Shown: positions 35,148 to 47,730 of the stretch, piece after piece
How the letters are laid out: every line of letters starts with the position of its first letter
How positions within the stretch are numbered: position 1 is the first letter of the stretch
Assembly (NCBI GenBank): GCA_010909165.1
Contig: MU008153.1
Coordinates: 434,001 to 498,000 of the forward strand
DNA from: Anthoceros angustus
Lineage: Eukaryota > Plantae > Anthocerotophyta
DNA length: 64,000 nt
Direction of reading: 5' to 3'
Position numbers and translations under genes: made by a program
The notes under the pieces: generated by a model
Databases searched by the model: none
What the model saw: only the letters and a program-made list of their open reading frames with translations
Told to the model about the DNA's origin: nothing

Positions 35148-36068
35148 CTAGAAGTCACCACCAAAATCCCCACCACCGAAATCACCACCGCCGTAGTCAC
35201 CACCGCCATAGTCACCACCGCCATAGTCACCACCGCCGTAATCACCGTGGTTGTCTAGAGCTTCACCAAGCAAAAATCCTCCGAGCAGGCCTGCTCCTAA
35301 CCCAAGTCCCACACCGCCGCCGCCTCCAAATCTGCTCGGCCTTTGTCTCTGAGGAGGGTAAGGGGCTGGAGCGACAGGGCCACCGTAATAAGCATTCTGC
35401 TGGGGATAAGCTCCGGATTGAGGAGGATAAGCTTGCTGAGGAACCGGGTATGCCTGCGGAGGGTACGGCTGTGCTGCGGGATACGCCTGTGCTGCGGGGT
35501 ACGCCGGGCCGGCAGGTGGATAGGCAACAGCAGGAGGATAAGCAGCGGCAGGAAGAGGATACCCGGCAGGGTAAGCAGTGATGGGCTCCTGGTTCTTCCC
35601 CGACTGTTGCTGTTGCTGGTACTGACCGTAGCCGCTAGGGTTGGCCTGGCCCCCGACCTTCCTTGTCTCCCCGAGCTTCACACCTATCGTGATCACACCC
35701 TGAGCCCTCCCCGACGGCCGCCGGAGCTGGTACGACATGTACTGCTCTTCCCCGTTCTTGTCTCCCTTGACGATCTCCTTGAGCGGGATCTTGGCAGTTC
35801 CGATTATGGAAGGCCCGAACGTCCCTTTGTGGAAGACCTCAATGGTGAGAAAGCATGTGGGATCGTGAACCCTCCTCTCCTCCACTATGAGCTGGATCTT
35901 CTCGTTCCACCTAGGGTTTCGACCTCCCTCCTTGCATTCTGTCGTGTTGCCCTTGTGGTTAGGGTAGATCCATGCCACCGCGTAAGGACTCATCTTCCCC
36001 GTCCATTTCACTTGCTTCAACTCCTCCGCCGACAGCACGTCCAGCTCCATCGACCTCTCCTCCATCAT
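35148..36068 (-). CDS. SRC2-like C2-domain protein with Pro/Tyr-rich region and Gly-rich tail; intronless
   Basis: ELDVLSAEELK.V..TGKMSPYAV.W, GGRNPRWNE, SYQLRRPSGRAQG, AYP repeats, GLGLGAGLLGGFLLG, DYGGG repeats. Confidence 0.92.
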   Translation of the reverse strand: MMEERSMELDVLSAEELKQVKWTGKMSPYAVAWIYPNHKGNTTECKEGGRNPRWNEKIQLIVEERRVHDPTCFLTIEVFHKGTFGPSIIGTAKIPLKEIVKGDKNGEEQYMSYQLRRPSGRAQGVITIGVKLGETRKVGGQANPSGYGQYQQQQQSGKNQEPITAYPAGYPLPAAAYPPAVAYPPAGPAYPAAQAYPAAQPYPPQAYPVPQQAYPPQSGAYPQQNAYYGGPVAPAPYPPQRQRPSRFGGGGGVGLGLGAGLLGGFLLGEALDNHGDYGGGDYGGGDYGGGDYGGGDFGGGDFGGDF

Positions 36069-36110
36069 AGCCAGCCTTTGACGAAGAATTGCAAGCCTCT
36101 ACTCTTTTAC

Positions 36111-36255
36111 TCCTGCGTGTGCTGCGAGCTGTACAAGACAAAAGGCGCCTCCTGCGTGTGCTGCGAGCTCTACAAGACAAAGGCGCCTCCTGCGTGTGCT
36201 GCGAGCTCTACAAGACAAGGCGCCAAAGGCGAGGTCTACAAGACAAGGCGCCTCA
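36111..36255 (+). repeat. ~38-bp tandem repeat (3-4 copies) just upstream of the SRC2-like gene
   Basis: tcctgcgtgtgctgcgagct.tacaagacaaaggcgcc repeated. Confidence 0.9.
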
Positions 36256-36936
36256 GGTGCTGAAATCCTTGGAAGCAATTGATGATCCTTGGAAGCAATT
36301 GTGCCTGATAAATGATAAATTGCGGCAACACCACATATATAGACCGATTGTTGCGCGTCCCCGAGACCCTGTACATCGGTGGCTTCTAGGGAAGCCATAA
36401 GCATGCGACACCTTGCCATCCACGAAACGCTCCCCCAGCAACCGCGGGATACTCCACTCGGATTGCAGCGCGTTGGAGAAGCTTACAAGACAGTTCTGCT
36501 TCATATATACCCGACACGCAGCTCCCGCAAGTTGCGAGAAACTACCGTTATAGAAAAAACGCGCTAAAATGAAATCCCTTTTCACGCCGCGTTGGTGCTC
36601 ACGAAGCGATACACGAGCTTAGAGGATAGAGGTGGAAGCTGGCGGAGGAGGCTTGCGTTAGACTCAGCGTTGTCGAGGTTGAAAGAAAACCTTCCGCTCC
36701 ATTTCTTGACGTCAGGATTTCGACACCAGAGGCAGGTGGATCCGGTGTTTTACGCACAGTTCTGGTAGCTTGCTTGTTTGATCTACGATTCTGTCTTGTA
36801 GATAGCTTTGCTTGTTTGATCTAAAAAGTTTCCAGCTTCCTTGTTTCGATTACGAAGTCTTTGGAAGTTGGAAACAATTTGATTGGTAATGGTTTCGGTT
36901 GATTTCGCAGGTTGCGTGTCCTGAGGTAAGGGCGCC

Positions 36937-37206
36937 ATGGTCGTGATCAAGGAGGAGCTCCATTGTCGGGACGGGGATAAAGTTTACGTCAGGGATCTAT
37001 TGGCGGAGGCGAGAGGTGATTCCGCAAACACCTATAGAGTTGACGAAGCAGGAGCACCTCAGGAGAATCCACGGTCTTTGATCCGGGGCGGGCCGCTTGC
37101 GCAACTGAGACGAAACACGGAGCTGTGTAAACAGCGGCAGAAGGAACGTTTGCAGCAGGAAGAAAATGCGAGTTGCAATGCTGGAAAGGCTTCGAGCCAG
37201 TCATGA
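36937..37206 (+). CDS. Possible small orphan protein (89 aa)
   Basis: cgccATGG context, upstream AG acceptor (ttcgcag at ~36910), charged helical C-terminal half; no family recognised. Confidence 0.35.
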   Translation: MVVIKEELHCRDGDKVYVRDLLAEARGDSANTYRVDEAGAPQENPRSLIRGGPLAQLRRNTELCKQRQKERLQQEENASCNAGKASSQS

Positions 37207-37574
37207 GTCCGCGAGGTATTACGCCAAGTAGTTCGATCGAGCTCCTCTTGTCCTAGATGTTTTCGATTCGGTGAAACAGGCTGGCTGCAGCAAAATGAGA
37301 ACCAGCCAGCGCACTTCTTAGCAGGCGGCGTTCTCCTAAAGTTGGCTTACCTGGGCAGTTTAGTTCAAACAGACCTCAACGATTACATTACGAAAATCTT
37401 CTCGCAGCAGGGCCGCAGGAGCTTAGAGGCCTGCTGAGTTGAAAATGATTTCATCTCATTTCAGAAACGACAGTCAACGTGCAATCAGCACGTGCAGGGT
37501 CTCAGAAAAATCGCAGCGCCAAAGCTTGTGCGTATCCCTCGGGGCCCCCTGGCCGACGCAATCACCAAAAACGC

Positions 37575-38663
37575 TTAGATAGCTGCGAAGGCCTTCTTAC
37601 TGCCTCCATCAGATGCCCCCGCAGGGATCACCTTCAAGACGTTGAACCTGACAGTCTTCGACAGAGGCCTGAAACATGGGCCACCACAATTAGAGAAGAT
37701 CGAGGCTATGAGCATGAATCAAGAAGCAACTAGCATCGCCATGTACACACCTGCACTGTCCAACAATCACTTTGTCACCCTCCTTGACACGGAAGCAAGG
37801 GGAAACATGGGCCGACAAATTGGAGTGCCTCTTCTCGTACCTAAGGCAGTTAGGAGACACGGTGACAAACGTACCATTCAGAAAACAAGTTGTTCTTCAA
37901 AACAACGATTCCCTCAGAAAAAGAAAAGCCACAATGCAATGAAAACCTACCTCTGGTACTTCCTCACAAAATGTAAATAATCCCTCCGCACCACTATCGT
38001 GCGGGTCATCTTCGCATTGTAGACGGTGCCAGTGAGAATGCGACCCCTAATACTAACGTTTCCAGTGAACGGGCACTTCTTGTCAACGTAAGATCCTGCA
38101 ACCAGACGAAAAGTTGGTACCATTCGTAACGACTACCCTTACACACTCCAGTCCGACACCCAACAGCTAGCTAACAACCGCACCTTCGATAGCTTCACGG
38201 GGAGTCTTAAACCCGAGGCCCACGTTCTTCCAAAATCGCTGGCCGGCTTTCCCTGGAGCCTTGCCCTTCTTTGAGGCCTTGCTACTGCGAAGCCACAGGA
38301 TAAGCATAACACGATTCAGTGGGAAATTCGAGCTCCATCCTCCACACCAAACAAATGAGTTTAAGCTAGAGAGTCCATCCTGAACCCCCTTCCTCCCCAG
38401 ACTGCCTCAAAAGCATCCATTTCCACAAACGAAGCTGAATCAAAGTCGCAGCCAATGGAAAAAGAATTCTCATACGATACCTCAGGAACACCTTAGGCTG
38501 CTTCAGAAACGCCCGCTCCGTCTGCACCACGCAACACGGAGGTGGTCAGTAAATGCTCTGATCGGCAATGCTGCAAAACCTGTTGCCGGCCTGGGATGGC
38601 CTCTGCCAACTACGACAGCCGAGCACACGCAACTGTCGCGATTGATCGTACCTGCTCCGCCAT
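37575..38663 (-). CDS. RPS11: 40S ribosomal protein S11 (uS17), 6 exons
   Basis: MAEQ|[13 protein letters not shown]|..[19 protein letters not shown]|[32 protein letters not shown]|[27 protein letters not shown]|[17 protein letters not shown]; GT-AG introns. Confidence 0.97.
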
Positions 38664-39047
38664 GGCTACAGAACCGCCGAGGAACCTCACGCTCCGATCG
38701 TGTCAAAAAAGACTCTAGCAGGCGAGGAACGTGCTAGAAAAGGGGAACGCAAGCCCTAGAACGGAAGGAACCCTAATCTCTGCATATGTAACTAACTAGG
38801 GTTAGGGCGAGGGTTCTCGGAAGGGAACAGACGCCAGTGTCGGTTGCAGCAGGAGAGGGGGTTCCTTCTCGGCCGCTGGAATTGAAGGAATCCTGAATTG
38901 CCGCAGTCTGTTGCTTTTGCTGATCGCTGAGAATTGTGGGAGGCGGGTCGGATTTGGTGCACAAACAGCGGTGTTGCAGGCCGGGAGTGCAGGGAATCGG
39001 AGCACAGCCAATTGAAGCTGAATTGAGAGCAATTTGAGGTAGGCAGG
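38664..39047. promoter_or_regulatory. Shared divergent promoter RPS11/TIM23 with telo-box-like motifs
   Basis: 384 bp between the ATGs; AACCCTAAT at 38769-38777 and CTAGGGTTAGGG at 38796-38807. Confidence 0.55.
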
Positions 39048-39626
39048 ATGCAGGATGACACGCAGGCTGAGGGATTTGGAGCGAACGATGGCAGCGGCCC
39101 CCGGCTGTACAACCCGTATGCAGATCTGTATGGCGCTGTGGATGCAAGGTCGCTGGACACCATCTTCAAGCTTCCCAGCGCCCCGGAGCTGCTGTTCACG
39201 GAGGAGGCTGTGGCGCAGAGACGGAGCTGGAGTGAGAATTTGACCTACTACACGGGGTGCGGGTATCTGTCGGGGGCCGTGCTCGGAGGTGGCAAGGGGC
39301 TGATCGAGGGTTTGAGGGCAGAGGAAGGGGACACAACGAAGCTGCGGGTGAACCGGGTGTTGAACTCGTCGGGTCACAAGGGCAGGACGGTGGGGAACAC
39401 GCTGGGAATTCTAGGTTTGCTGTATGCCGGGATGGAGAGCTTGAGCGCGCATGTTCGGGGCACGGATGACATTCTCAACAGCGTCACAGCGGGGCTCGGC
39501 ACAGGTGCGATGTACAAGGCGGCGTCGGGCCCTCGCACGGCTGCCATTGCGGGGGCGCTGGGAGGGATGACTGCCGCTGGCCTTGTTGTTGGGAAGCAAT
39601 TTTCCAAGAGATACCTTGCTATTTGA
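39048..39626 (+). CDS. TIM23: Mitochondrial inner-membrane translocase TIM23, intronless
   Basis: RLYNPY, LPSAPELLF.EEA..RRSWSENLTYYTGCGYL, KLRVNRVLNSSGHKGR..GNTLG..GLLYAGMES. Confidence 0.95.
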   Translation: MQDDTQAEGFGANDGSGPRLYNPYADLYGAVDARSLDTIFKLPSAPELLFTEEAVAQRRSWSENLTYYTGCGYLSGAVLGGGKGLIEGLRAEEGDTTKLRVNRVLNSSGHKGRTVGNTLGILGLLYAGMESLSAHVRGTDDILNSVTAGLGTGAMYKAASGPRTAAIAGALGGMTAAGLVVGKQFSKRYLAI

Positions 39627-41160
39627 GATCTGTTTGGGGTTGGCGAAGGAGGTTGCGGGAGATTTTAGATTGATAGGTATTGATCTCACGGTAGGCTGTG
39701 GAAGAATCATTTTTCTCTATGTAGCACTCAGGTTTAGAGCACAAGACATGGCAGTGCAGCAGTTACGCCCTGCGGAGTTTCTGGTGCCTTTTAACGCACT
39801 GCACTGCACTTTGTAGACTGTTGAATGCCCATGCGATCCATCACCAGAGGTGGCTCCTTGGCAGGCTCGCTGGACCCCTGCCACACTGAAGAAACTGCAG
39901 CCAGACTGGAGGGGAGGATCTGCAATCCGGAAGAGTGGTATGTGCTCTTGTCTGCAGCAGGCTACGTGCACCATTACTTTCCTTCATTTGTCGAATTAAT
40001 CTCAAGAGTTTTACAGAAAGTTCCTGATACGTGGTAGGTACTGTAATGCAACATGTCCCATGCACATGATCCCGGGTACCATTAGGTCAAGGATTAGGTT
40101 GAACGCGATGGTTATAGCTACAGATGGGTGCAAATTGCTCTCTTGGGCTGAATTTTTTCTCCCTAGTCTAATTTTCTCTTCTCTACATCTCCGTCCTCCA
40201 TGCCTGTAGCATCGACAGAGACATTTTCAGTTGGTACACGCAGCAGAGCTTTTCCTATGTACTTTGCCGCAGCCTCCCGTTGGAGATGGGATCCTACCAC
40301 GAGCAGAGACAGCTTCTCGGACCTGGCGGAGCTACTGCACATGGATGCAGAATTAGTAGCAGGATGTTGCAGCAAGGCACCAATGTAGGCAGTGTAGGGT
40401 GTTCCATTTGAAATGTTCCGTGCTTTGTGAACTAGTCGGAAGTGAGACTTGGCCACTGGACTCACAAGTTGTCAGGGCCAGCTGAAGTGTAAAAGTAGGT
40501 ACAATACCACGTACCGAATTTGATTTCGAAAATACAAGATCACGTGACGTCCCCTCTCTCTCCTCTCTCCTCGTCCTCACGCTCCCCTGCGTCGGGACAA
40601 GTGTGTCCAGCGATCTGTCTGAGAACAGGCAGTGTTGTGTCCGAGGCGGGGTCCGAGGCGGCTCGTATCCTGGACAGCCGACTCCGATTTCCCTGCCTGT
40701 CTCTCAGCGTGGATCGCACAGGTCAGCCTGATTTGCCAAGTGTGATGCTCCCTGCTGGTGTGCGTGGTGTTATCCTGTTGCTCTTCCCTGACAAGAAGAT
40801 AGCGCTCACAGCTGCTGCGAGTGTGTGCCCTCCTGGTCTCTCATCTTCGCACCAGCCCCATTGCATGTTCCATCTTTGTGCTGCCAGCTGTGCTGCTCTT
40901 CGGGCTCTCCAGTAGCGGTCGCCGAGCTTGCTTGCGTGTTCTTGAACCTTGATTTGGTATAAGTAGGTGGGCAGTGGCGGTCTTGGGGATTGTGGATACC
41001 CGTGTCTTGAACAGTCCAAAGACGGTGGTGGGCGATAGTACTTGGCTGCTGAGAGGACCTGATCGATACGTCTTGCGTTTGCTGGAAATCAATCTTGCAG
41101 AGACGACAGCTGATCGCTTTGGGCAGAAGAAACACCTGTGCACAGACGAAGGGGTCAGCC

Positions 41161-42041
41161 ATGGCGATGGGAGCGGGCAGGGGAATGCTAGCCGCGCTGC
41201 TGGTTATCAACTTCCTTGCGACGTGCGTGGAGCTGGGCATAGCGAGCTGGGCCATCAATCGCTACATCAACCAAATCGGCTCAGTACCGTCTCCAGTCGG
41301 CGGGCCTGGAGGTTTCGCAGCTATTGGTGGTATACTTCGGATATTTGCTCTCATCTTCGTTCGCGATATGTATGAACAATCTCGTCGTGCTGCGTCCAAG
41401 TCTTCTTGCGAGCTTCTGATAATCAATGTATGTAATAATCTGCACTGCAGGGAATCCGGTGACACCGATTTTCGTGACTGTGGCCCTCATCTCTGGAGTG
41501 GTCGGGGCGGCTTCAGTCTTCGCTGCCCTCCATCACGTTCAGGTCTGGCGGTGGGAGAGTCTAGCCACAGCTCAAGCTACCAACTTGATCGACCTGATGC
41601 TGTCGCTTTTGGCTCTCGGGTAACGTCTTCCAAACCTTTTGTTTCTTGATCACTCGACTGTGAACTGGGTTTTGGTAAGATACAATTTGTCTTTTGTAAA
41701 CTGGATTCTGACAAGCTTCTGTTTATCCAGGTTTGCTTCTAAGGAGATCAACTACGGCCCTCGTGACAGGAGGCTGGTGAGTCTACTCTTTCCATTTTGT
41801 AGGAAGGCTTCGAACACTAAATATTATACGTGACGGTTTGTCAGCTATTACTAACATTGTAAGCTTGCAGAGGTGTCTGGAAGCGTTTGTCATCATTCTA
41901 GCTGGACTCAGACTGCTTCAGGTGCTTCTAGTCCACTCAGGGATGTATGGGGACAAATTTGGGCCTCGTTTCAAAGAGACTGCGCCAGGTGCAGGCCCAG
42001 TGGAACCTCAGAAGGGAGGTGGTGGTACAGCCACCGTCTAG
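41161..42041 (+). CDS. AWPM-19/PM19-like membrane protein, 4 exons
   Basis: LLVINF..ELGIASWAINRYI; GNPVTPIFVTVALISGVVGAAS..HHVQVWRWESLA; LALG|FASKEI; R.LEAFVIIL. First donor position ambiguous. Confidence 0.9.
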
Positions 42042-42743
42042 AGGCTGGCTATGGCGGTTTCTCGTAACTCGATGTGAAAGTTTTGGGTCTGACATGAAAA
42101 GTCTGTAGGAGTATGTATACTACACAGTATAAACAGGTCTTTCCATCGGAGGTGATGGCTTTCTTTCTGCGTCTTTTAGTGCGTCATAGGAAGAGTTGCT
42201 GCGACGTCTTCTGCAGATCTGAAGACAATTAGCGTCGTTATTTCTACTTCACTTCGGGTAGATGAAACGTAAATCATATAGGCGTGGTTTGTCAAGTTAC
42301 AATACAAGTCTTGTACAGATCTTTAAGACAATTTAGTGTCGCTATTTCTACCAGACTTTTGGGTAGACGAAGCGGAAATTGTGTAGATGTTGTTTGTCAA
42401 GTTACAATATAGGTAGACACAAGAGATAGTCGATACACCCCTCAAAAATTGGAAAATTAGAGTATATATGTTATAATGCCTGATACGGGGAAGGAGAGAA
42501 GGCAAAAAATTATTTACTTTGGAAACTTGCACATATCAAGTCTGTCCGCCATGAAGTATAAATCCTGAGTAATGTCTAATCTCTGTCAAAATTTTGCCTG
42601 CAACATCCTCTTATATCATAGGTTGATCCGGTTCCTGGACTTGTGACCACGAATTCCGAAATGTGTAACATTCATACCACCAGCCAGACTATCACAACAC
42701 CAGCCAGATAGTATCAAAGCATACTCTGCTGCAACATCCTGCT

Positions 42744-43853
42744 CTAAGTGGCATATTCATCTTCGACAGCACCCTTCTTCGGTGGGGGATTGCCTCCTGC
42801 AAGGTAAACGTAAGTGTAGAATCCGAACATAGCAGCACTGGCCAAGGCCACTAGAGCTGTAGGAAAAACGCCTCCAGTAATTTTAAACCGTCGGATCTCT
42901 CGAATGCAAATTGCCAAAGCTATCAGACCTTGGCCCTGGATGTATGGAAGAGAGGACTTGCCCTGCCTCCATACCTTAAGGCTTGAGACGCTGAGGAACA
43001 AAACAAGCCCCCCCAGGAACAGACCAAATCTGAGAGCAGCAACACTGCCTGAGACAACAAACCACAACACACCACCTCCAGTGAGTAGGGCTCCGTATGG
43101 AATACCAAGGCAAAAATCATGAATCCTGGCCCAATTCTCGGTCCTTCCAGACTCGAAGTGAGCATCCAGAGCTGTCTCAGCAATGTCCCGGATCGGCTCA
43201 GGACCGGTCTCAGCAATGAGAAGCAAGTTAGCCTTGCTCTGGCCAGCTGCTTCCTTCGCGGACGCTGCTAGGGCAACCCTAGCCCTCTCCGCATGATCCC
43301 GCAACTGCTCGGTCGTGTCCCGCAACTGTGCCAATGCCCTGGCTGCAGATTCCTCCAGGGCCATAGCAGCTCCAGCTTTCTCCGCCTGCTCCCGCAGCTG
43401 CTCGGTGGTTTCACGCAAGATAGCCAAAGCTCGTTCAGCAGACTCATCGTAAATCACGCCCTTCAGCTTCTGCACTTCCTCGGCAAGCCGATCCACGGCT
43501 TGTGTCCAGGCCTCCTTGGACTCCTCCTCTGCGTCCGTAGCCTCAGGTTCGTCGATCCCTGCATACGCCGCCTCATCCTGCGTGGAGGCACCAATTCTCC
43601 ACCTGAAGGCACTGAGATTCCCTCCGAAGCTGCGCCCGGCTCCAGGGTTCCGCTGTCCTGCGCTGCGCCGCCTCCCGGCCAGCTTCGATTCACATTGCGG
43701 GACATGCAGGGACTTCCTCCTCGCCACACGCACACACAGGGACGCAGATCCACCAGCGATACCCGAGCCGGACAGAAAGCCGGGTTCCGCTGAAGCGAGC
43801 GTGGTGGAGAAGAGGCTGGCCGTTGCTAGCTTGCTAGCAGCCGCCATGGCCAT
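42744..43853 (-). CDS. Plastid fatty-acid export (FAX, Tmemb_14) protein with amphipathic helical repeats; intronless
   Basis: Transit-peptide-like N-terminus, repeated LRETTEQLR..AE.A, ARIHDFCLGIPYG, SLKVWRQGKSSLPYI.GQ, YVYLAGGNPPPKK. Confidence 0.92.
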   Translation of the reverse strand: MAMAAASKLATASLFSTTLASAEPGFLSGSGIAGGSASLCVRVARRKSLHVPQCESKLAGRRRSAGQRNPGAGRSFGGNLSAFRWRIGASTQDEAAYAGIDEPEATDAEEESKEAWTQAVDRLAEEVQKLKGVIYDESAERALAILRETTEQLREQAEKAGAAMALEESAARALAQLRDTTEQLRDHAERARVALAASAKEAAGQSKANLLLIAETGPEPIRDIAETALDAHFESGRTENWARIHDFCLGIPYGALLTGGGVLWFVVSGSVAALRFGLFLGGLVLFLSVSSLKVWRQGKSSLPYIQGQGLIALAICIREIRRFKITGGVFPTALVALASAAMFGFYTYVYLAGGNPPPKKGAVEDEYAT

Positions 43854-46800
43854 CTCAGCTGCAGACGAATGAGAACCCCAGCCCTCAGACGTCCAAACTC
43901 ACCACGCCTCCAGCTTGTTGATGACACCATCTCCAGATTCTTCTCGTTTGCCCTAACAACCAGCCCTAAACCTGCAGACATTTTCAGTCCCTTTAGGTAC
44001 CCACTTCCTCGAATCTTCGCCTGCTACTCCCTGGTTGCAACACCGTGTCGCCTTTGCAGATGTCGGAGAGTTGTGGCAGTGCCATTGTATGGTCACGGGA
44101 TAAGCTCTGGAGTTCTGGAAACCCCGGCTCTTTCAGGATATCTGTAAAATATCTTCTTGTTGCCAGCTGTTCTTGCATCTGTTTGTTAGAAATTAAGTTT
44201 TGCAAGTGATGATAAGACAGACAGGGGCTTGGAGCTAAGCATGAGAAGTGTGTTTTTTATGGTGATCATGGTCTGAAAGAAGATGAAGAGATGCAGTATC
44301 TATGTACGTTGTTGGAGAAAGCGAGGTACAGCTTTTACACAGGCTGCTGTTGGAACTTGGGCCACCTGCTGAGCAACTAGAAGAGGGCACTAAACGCAAC
44401 TGCATGATAACAAACGATACAGAGAGGAACCAGAATTCGGTAGCCATGGGCTCTACTCTGATGGTGGCTTTCACACTGAATCTGAAACTCTGATAAGGCA
44501 TCTTAAACACAACTCTTGTTTGGTGCTAGGGCACGTCCCCAATGCTACAGGACCGTTTGTCGTGACAGACAGAAATGGGTTATCTGTTTGGCCACATCAA
44601 GCACGAGCGTATTTCAGTTTGTCCGGCCGTTTATGTGCAACCAGGGGCAGTTCAAACAGTGAGGTTTTGTCAAGAATCTAGCTCTACTCTTTAGACCAGC
44701 TGATCATCTTCGCCTACCAGATGTATTCACTGTTGGTCAGACTCACCCAAACCATTGTGTGTCCAAATGGCTCGGGCCAAATGGACACACATTTATAAGT
44801 AAGATGATTAAGCATCCTGAGCTTAGATCGGTACTTAGATGGGGTGCCTGAAGGGAGTGGATGCCTTGGTGCAAGTAGCTTAGGCACACCATGGTACAAG
44901 TTGTTAAGTACCAAGTCCCATGACGGAAATCCGTCCTTAGTGGACATAAATAAAATTCTTCAACTTCTTCTTCTTCATTGTCATTGGTGGTAGGGTCCAA
45001 CCTGTTGCAGGAAAGAACTCAGACTGCTGTTCTGATGAAGTAAAGCTGCACATAGATATTGGAGCAGTCTCTCAAGAATTAATCCGGGGCTACAAGTAAG
45101 ATCTGAACGAGAGCAGAATCAGCGACTTCTCCTTCTGTAGTAGCAATAAACAAACCCCCTCCTCGGCTTCACGGGATGGATGAGGGAAGCAGGAAGGCCT
45201 AAGGTGGCACCAGCTTCCTCAGTTTGGGTGGAAGTGCAATTGGCCACACTGCTAAGCTTGGTTGATCTGGGCCCAATTCATGGCTTAAGTAAGCTTGCAT
45301 TACCTTCTCCTTGCCTTAAAGGAGCCATGTCCACGCATGAAACCTCTGAACGTGCAGACGTAATTAAATGAGACAGATGACCTGGAGTGCTGCAGCCCTG
45401 GGCTCCTTGTTATTCATATCCACAGGTTTTTGGCAACAACATTTTGTGCGGGTTGTGATGGCTCTCGACGCGAGAGTACTCTTCAAAGCCAAGGCGTGAT
45501 CCAGACTAGACATGGGTGCAAGTAGCAAGGGAGGACAGCCGAGCAATGCACGAAAGTATGAAAAGATGAGCCAAGCAGCTTTTAGCGTGTGTGACACAGT
45601 GATGAGCGTTACCATCATCAGCAAAGGCAGAGGACGCAGATGCAGCGCTTGCTATTAAAATAAGAATAAGCAGGCTTGGTACGGCTGCGCAGGCTGGCTG
45701 CACATTTGATTGGGGTCGCCGTTTGTTGGTAATCAAAGCTGGATCGACATTGGATGCCAAAGTCTCGTCTGTCAGACCCGGTCAATACAATCCCCAAAGA
45801 CAAGGCAGTCAAAGCCGAAGACCCGGGAGCGGCAGCTCAGTTGGCGCCAGGCACTGGATGAGAAGGCTGGGGGAAGTGTGAATTCAGCTCCTCTTTTCTC
45901 AACGATCAATGAGGCTTCTGGGATCCCGGTGATCTCTCAACACGTATCTACTTGTCCAGGTTTAAGATTCGGTGCCCAGTTTCCTGGAAATCTGCTCGGC
46001 TCGGCTCTGCTCTGTCCTGCTCTGCTCTGCTGTGTTGCCCAGCAGGTCGAGATCACACATATGATTCATCATACACAGAAAGGGCAGCCATCAACTAGTA
46101 GGCATGCAACAGGTACAATTATTTTCAAATAGGAAGGATAATAAGAATGTGCACTCCCCCAAACAGTGAAAGGTTGTTGCTGATGTATGTACATACACAC
46201 CTAACAAAACGCCAGAAGACTTGTTTCGGTACGTACATCCTGGTGCACCCAACAAGGTCACGCCCTCACACCAGCGGCGCGGGGGGGCAGCAAAAAAGCA
46301 AGGGGCAGCTGAGCAGAGGCCACAACTGTGGGCTGTGGCTCCAGCTCTGGCTGTCGTTGCATGTAGCCACCCTTTTAGAAGAAAAGTTTGCCTTGGACAC
46401 ACCACCAGTCTGTCGCACGCAGGGAAGAGAGGCAAAAAGGGCTAGTTGGCACTGTGGATGCATCCTGCACACCACAAGCCATGCAAGCCCTGCGATGCAG
46501 CCTTGATGAATGCCCGCACTTGTGAGAGAGTCCTACATATGACAGCAGCGGTGCCATCTGCTTGTCTCCCTGCGACCCTGCCCCATGCAGCAGTCCCAGG
46601 CTCGGCAGCTTTAGCCTTTAGCCCACCCCCCAATGCCATAGCCTTTACATGACCTCCCCCCATCCCAGGCTTCCCTCCAAGGCTGCAGCCAATACCAAGC
46701 CCGGGGCTGGAATCTGGGGCCTGCTGCCCCGCTGCCATTGGCCCACCTCGAGGCACAAGTAGTTACCATGGAGAAACGCAGCATGCAGCATATGTGCAGC

Positions 46801-47627
46801 ACATACTGCACACCCACACTGGCACACAGGATGGGGGCAGTGCCAACTTGTGTCTGTCGGGCTTGGAGCGACTGCAGACACGTGCCCCTGCATGCCTGGG
46901 CTCCCTGTAGCCCTGCCCTGCTCTGCCCTGGCTGGCCCCTCTCTCACACCCTATAAACCCTAAACCCCGATGTCTCCAAATTTGTATCCCCTCCAGAGTG
47001 CGCATCTCCTGTGCCTGCACGCGCAGGCTGCACATTTCCAGACAACAGACGAGGTCATCCTCCCTCATCACCTCCTCCAGTCTGGCTGACTGTTATCCAA
47101 ACTTAGCCCCGCGCCTGATCCTGCTCCTGCCAGAGCAGAGGCTGCCTTGTCTAGGTCACACCAGCCACAGCCTCCACCCAACTCCCCACACGAATGACAC
47201 GACAGCCCACCAACTTGCACATCCTCCCACTGGCGGCATGGCCGGACCCCGGGGCCCCGGCCCCCGATTTCAAACAGTCGGCATCATGGCAGCATCGAAA
47301 TCGCCTGCATACCATCTCCCGTCTCTCTCTGATGTCACAGCTCAAAGCTTGGTTTGCGAGGGGCCCGCAGCCCGCTGCTGCCCCTGCGACAGCTCCTGCG
47401 AAGGCGTGATGGCCCCCCATGACCTGTGGTAGGCTGCCGGGCCCGCTGCTCTCTGTCTCCACCAGCATATGGTGCTGTCAGCGGCTACCACGCCGCTGGT
47501 GGCGCTCACCATGTCGGCCACCATCTTCCGCTCCCCCAGTACAGTGTCAGTGGTACGCTACGAACACCTCCCTGCTTTCAGGGCACGCCACTTTCCCTTC
47601 AATAAACATGGTTGTACAAGATAATCT

Positions 47628-47730
47628 GCCATTCCTCTCCAAACACACATGACTGTGCAAAGCCAGTCCTCTCCAAACACACATGACTGTGCAAAGCCAT
47701 TCCTCTCCAAACACACATGACTGTGCAAAC
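47628..47730 (+). repeat. ~33-bp tandem repeat x3
   Basis: tcctctccaaacacacatgactgtgcaaa repeated. Confidence 0.9.
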
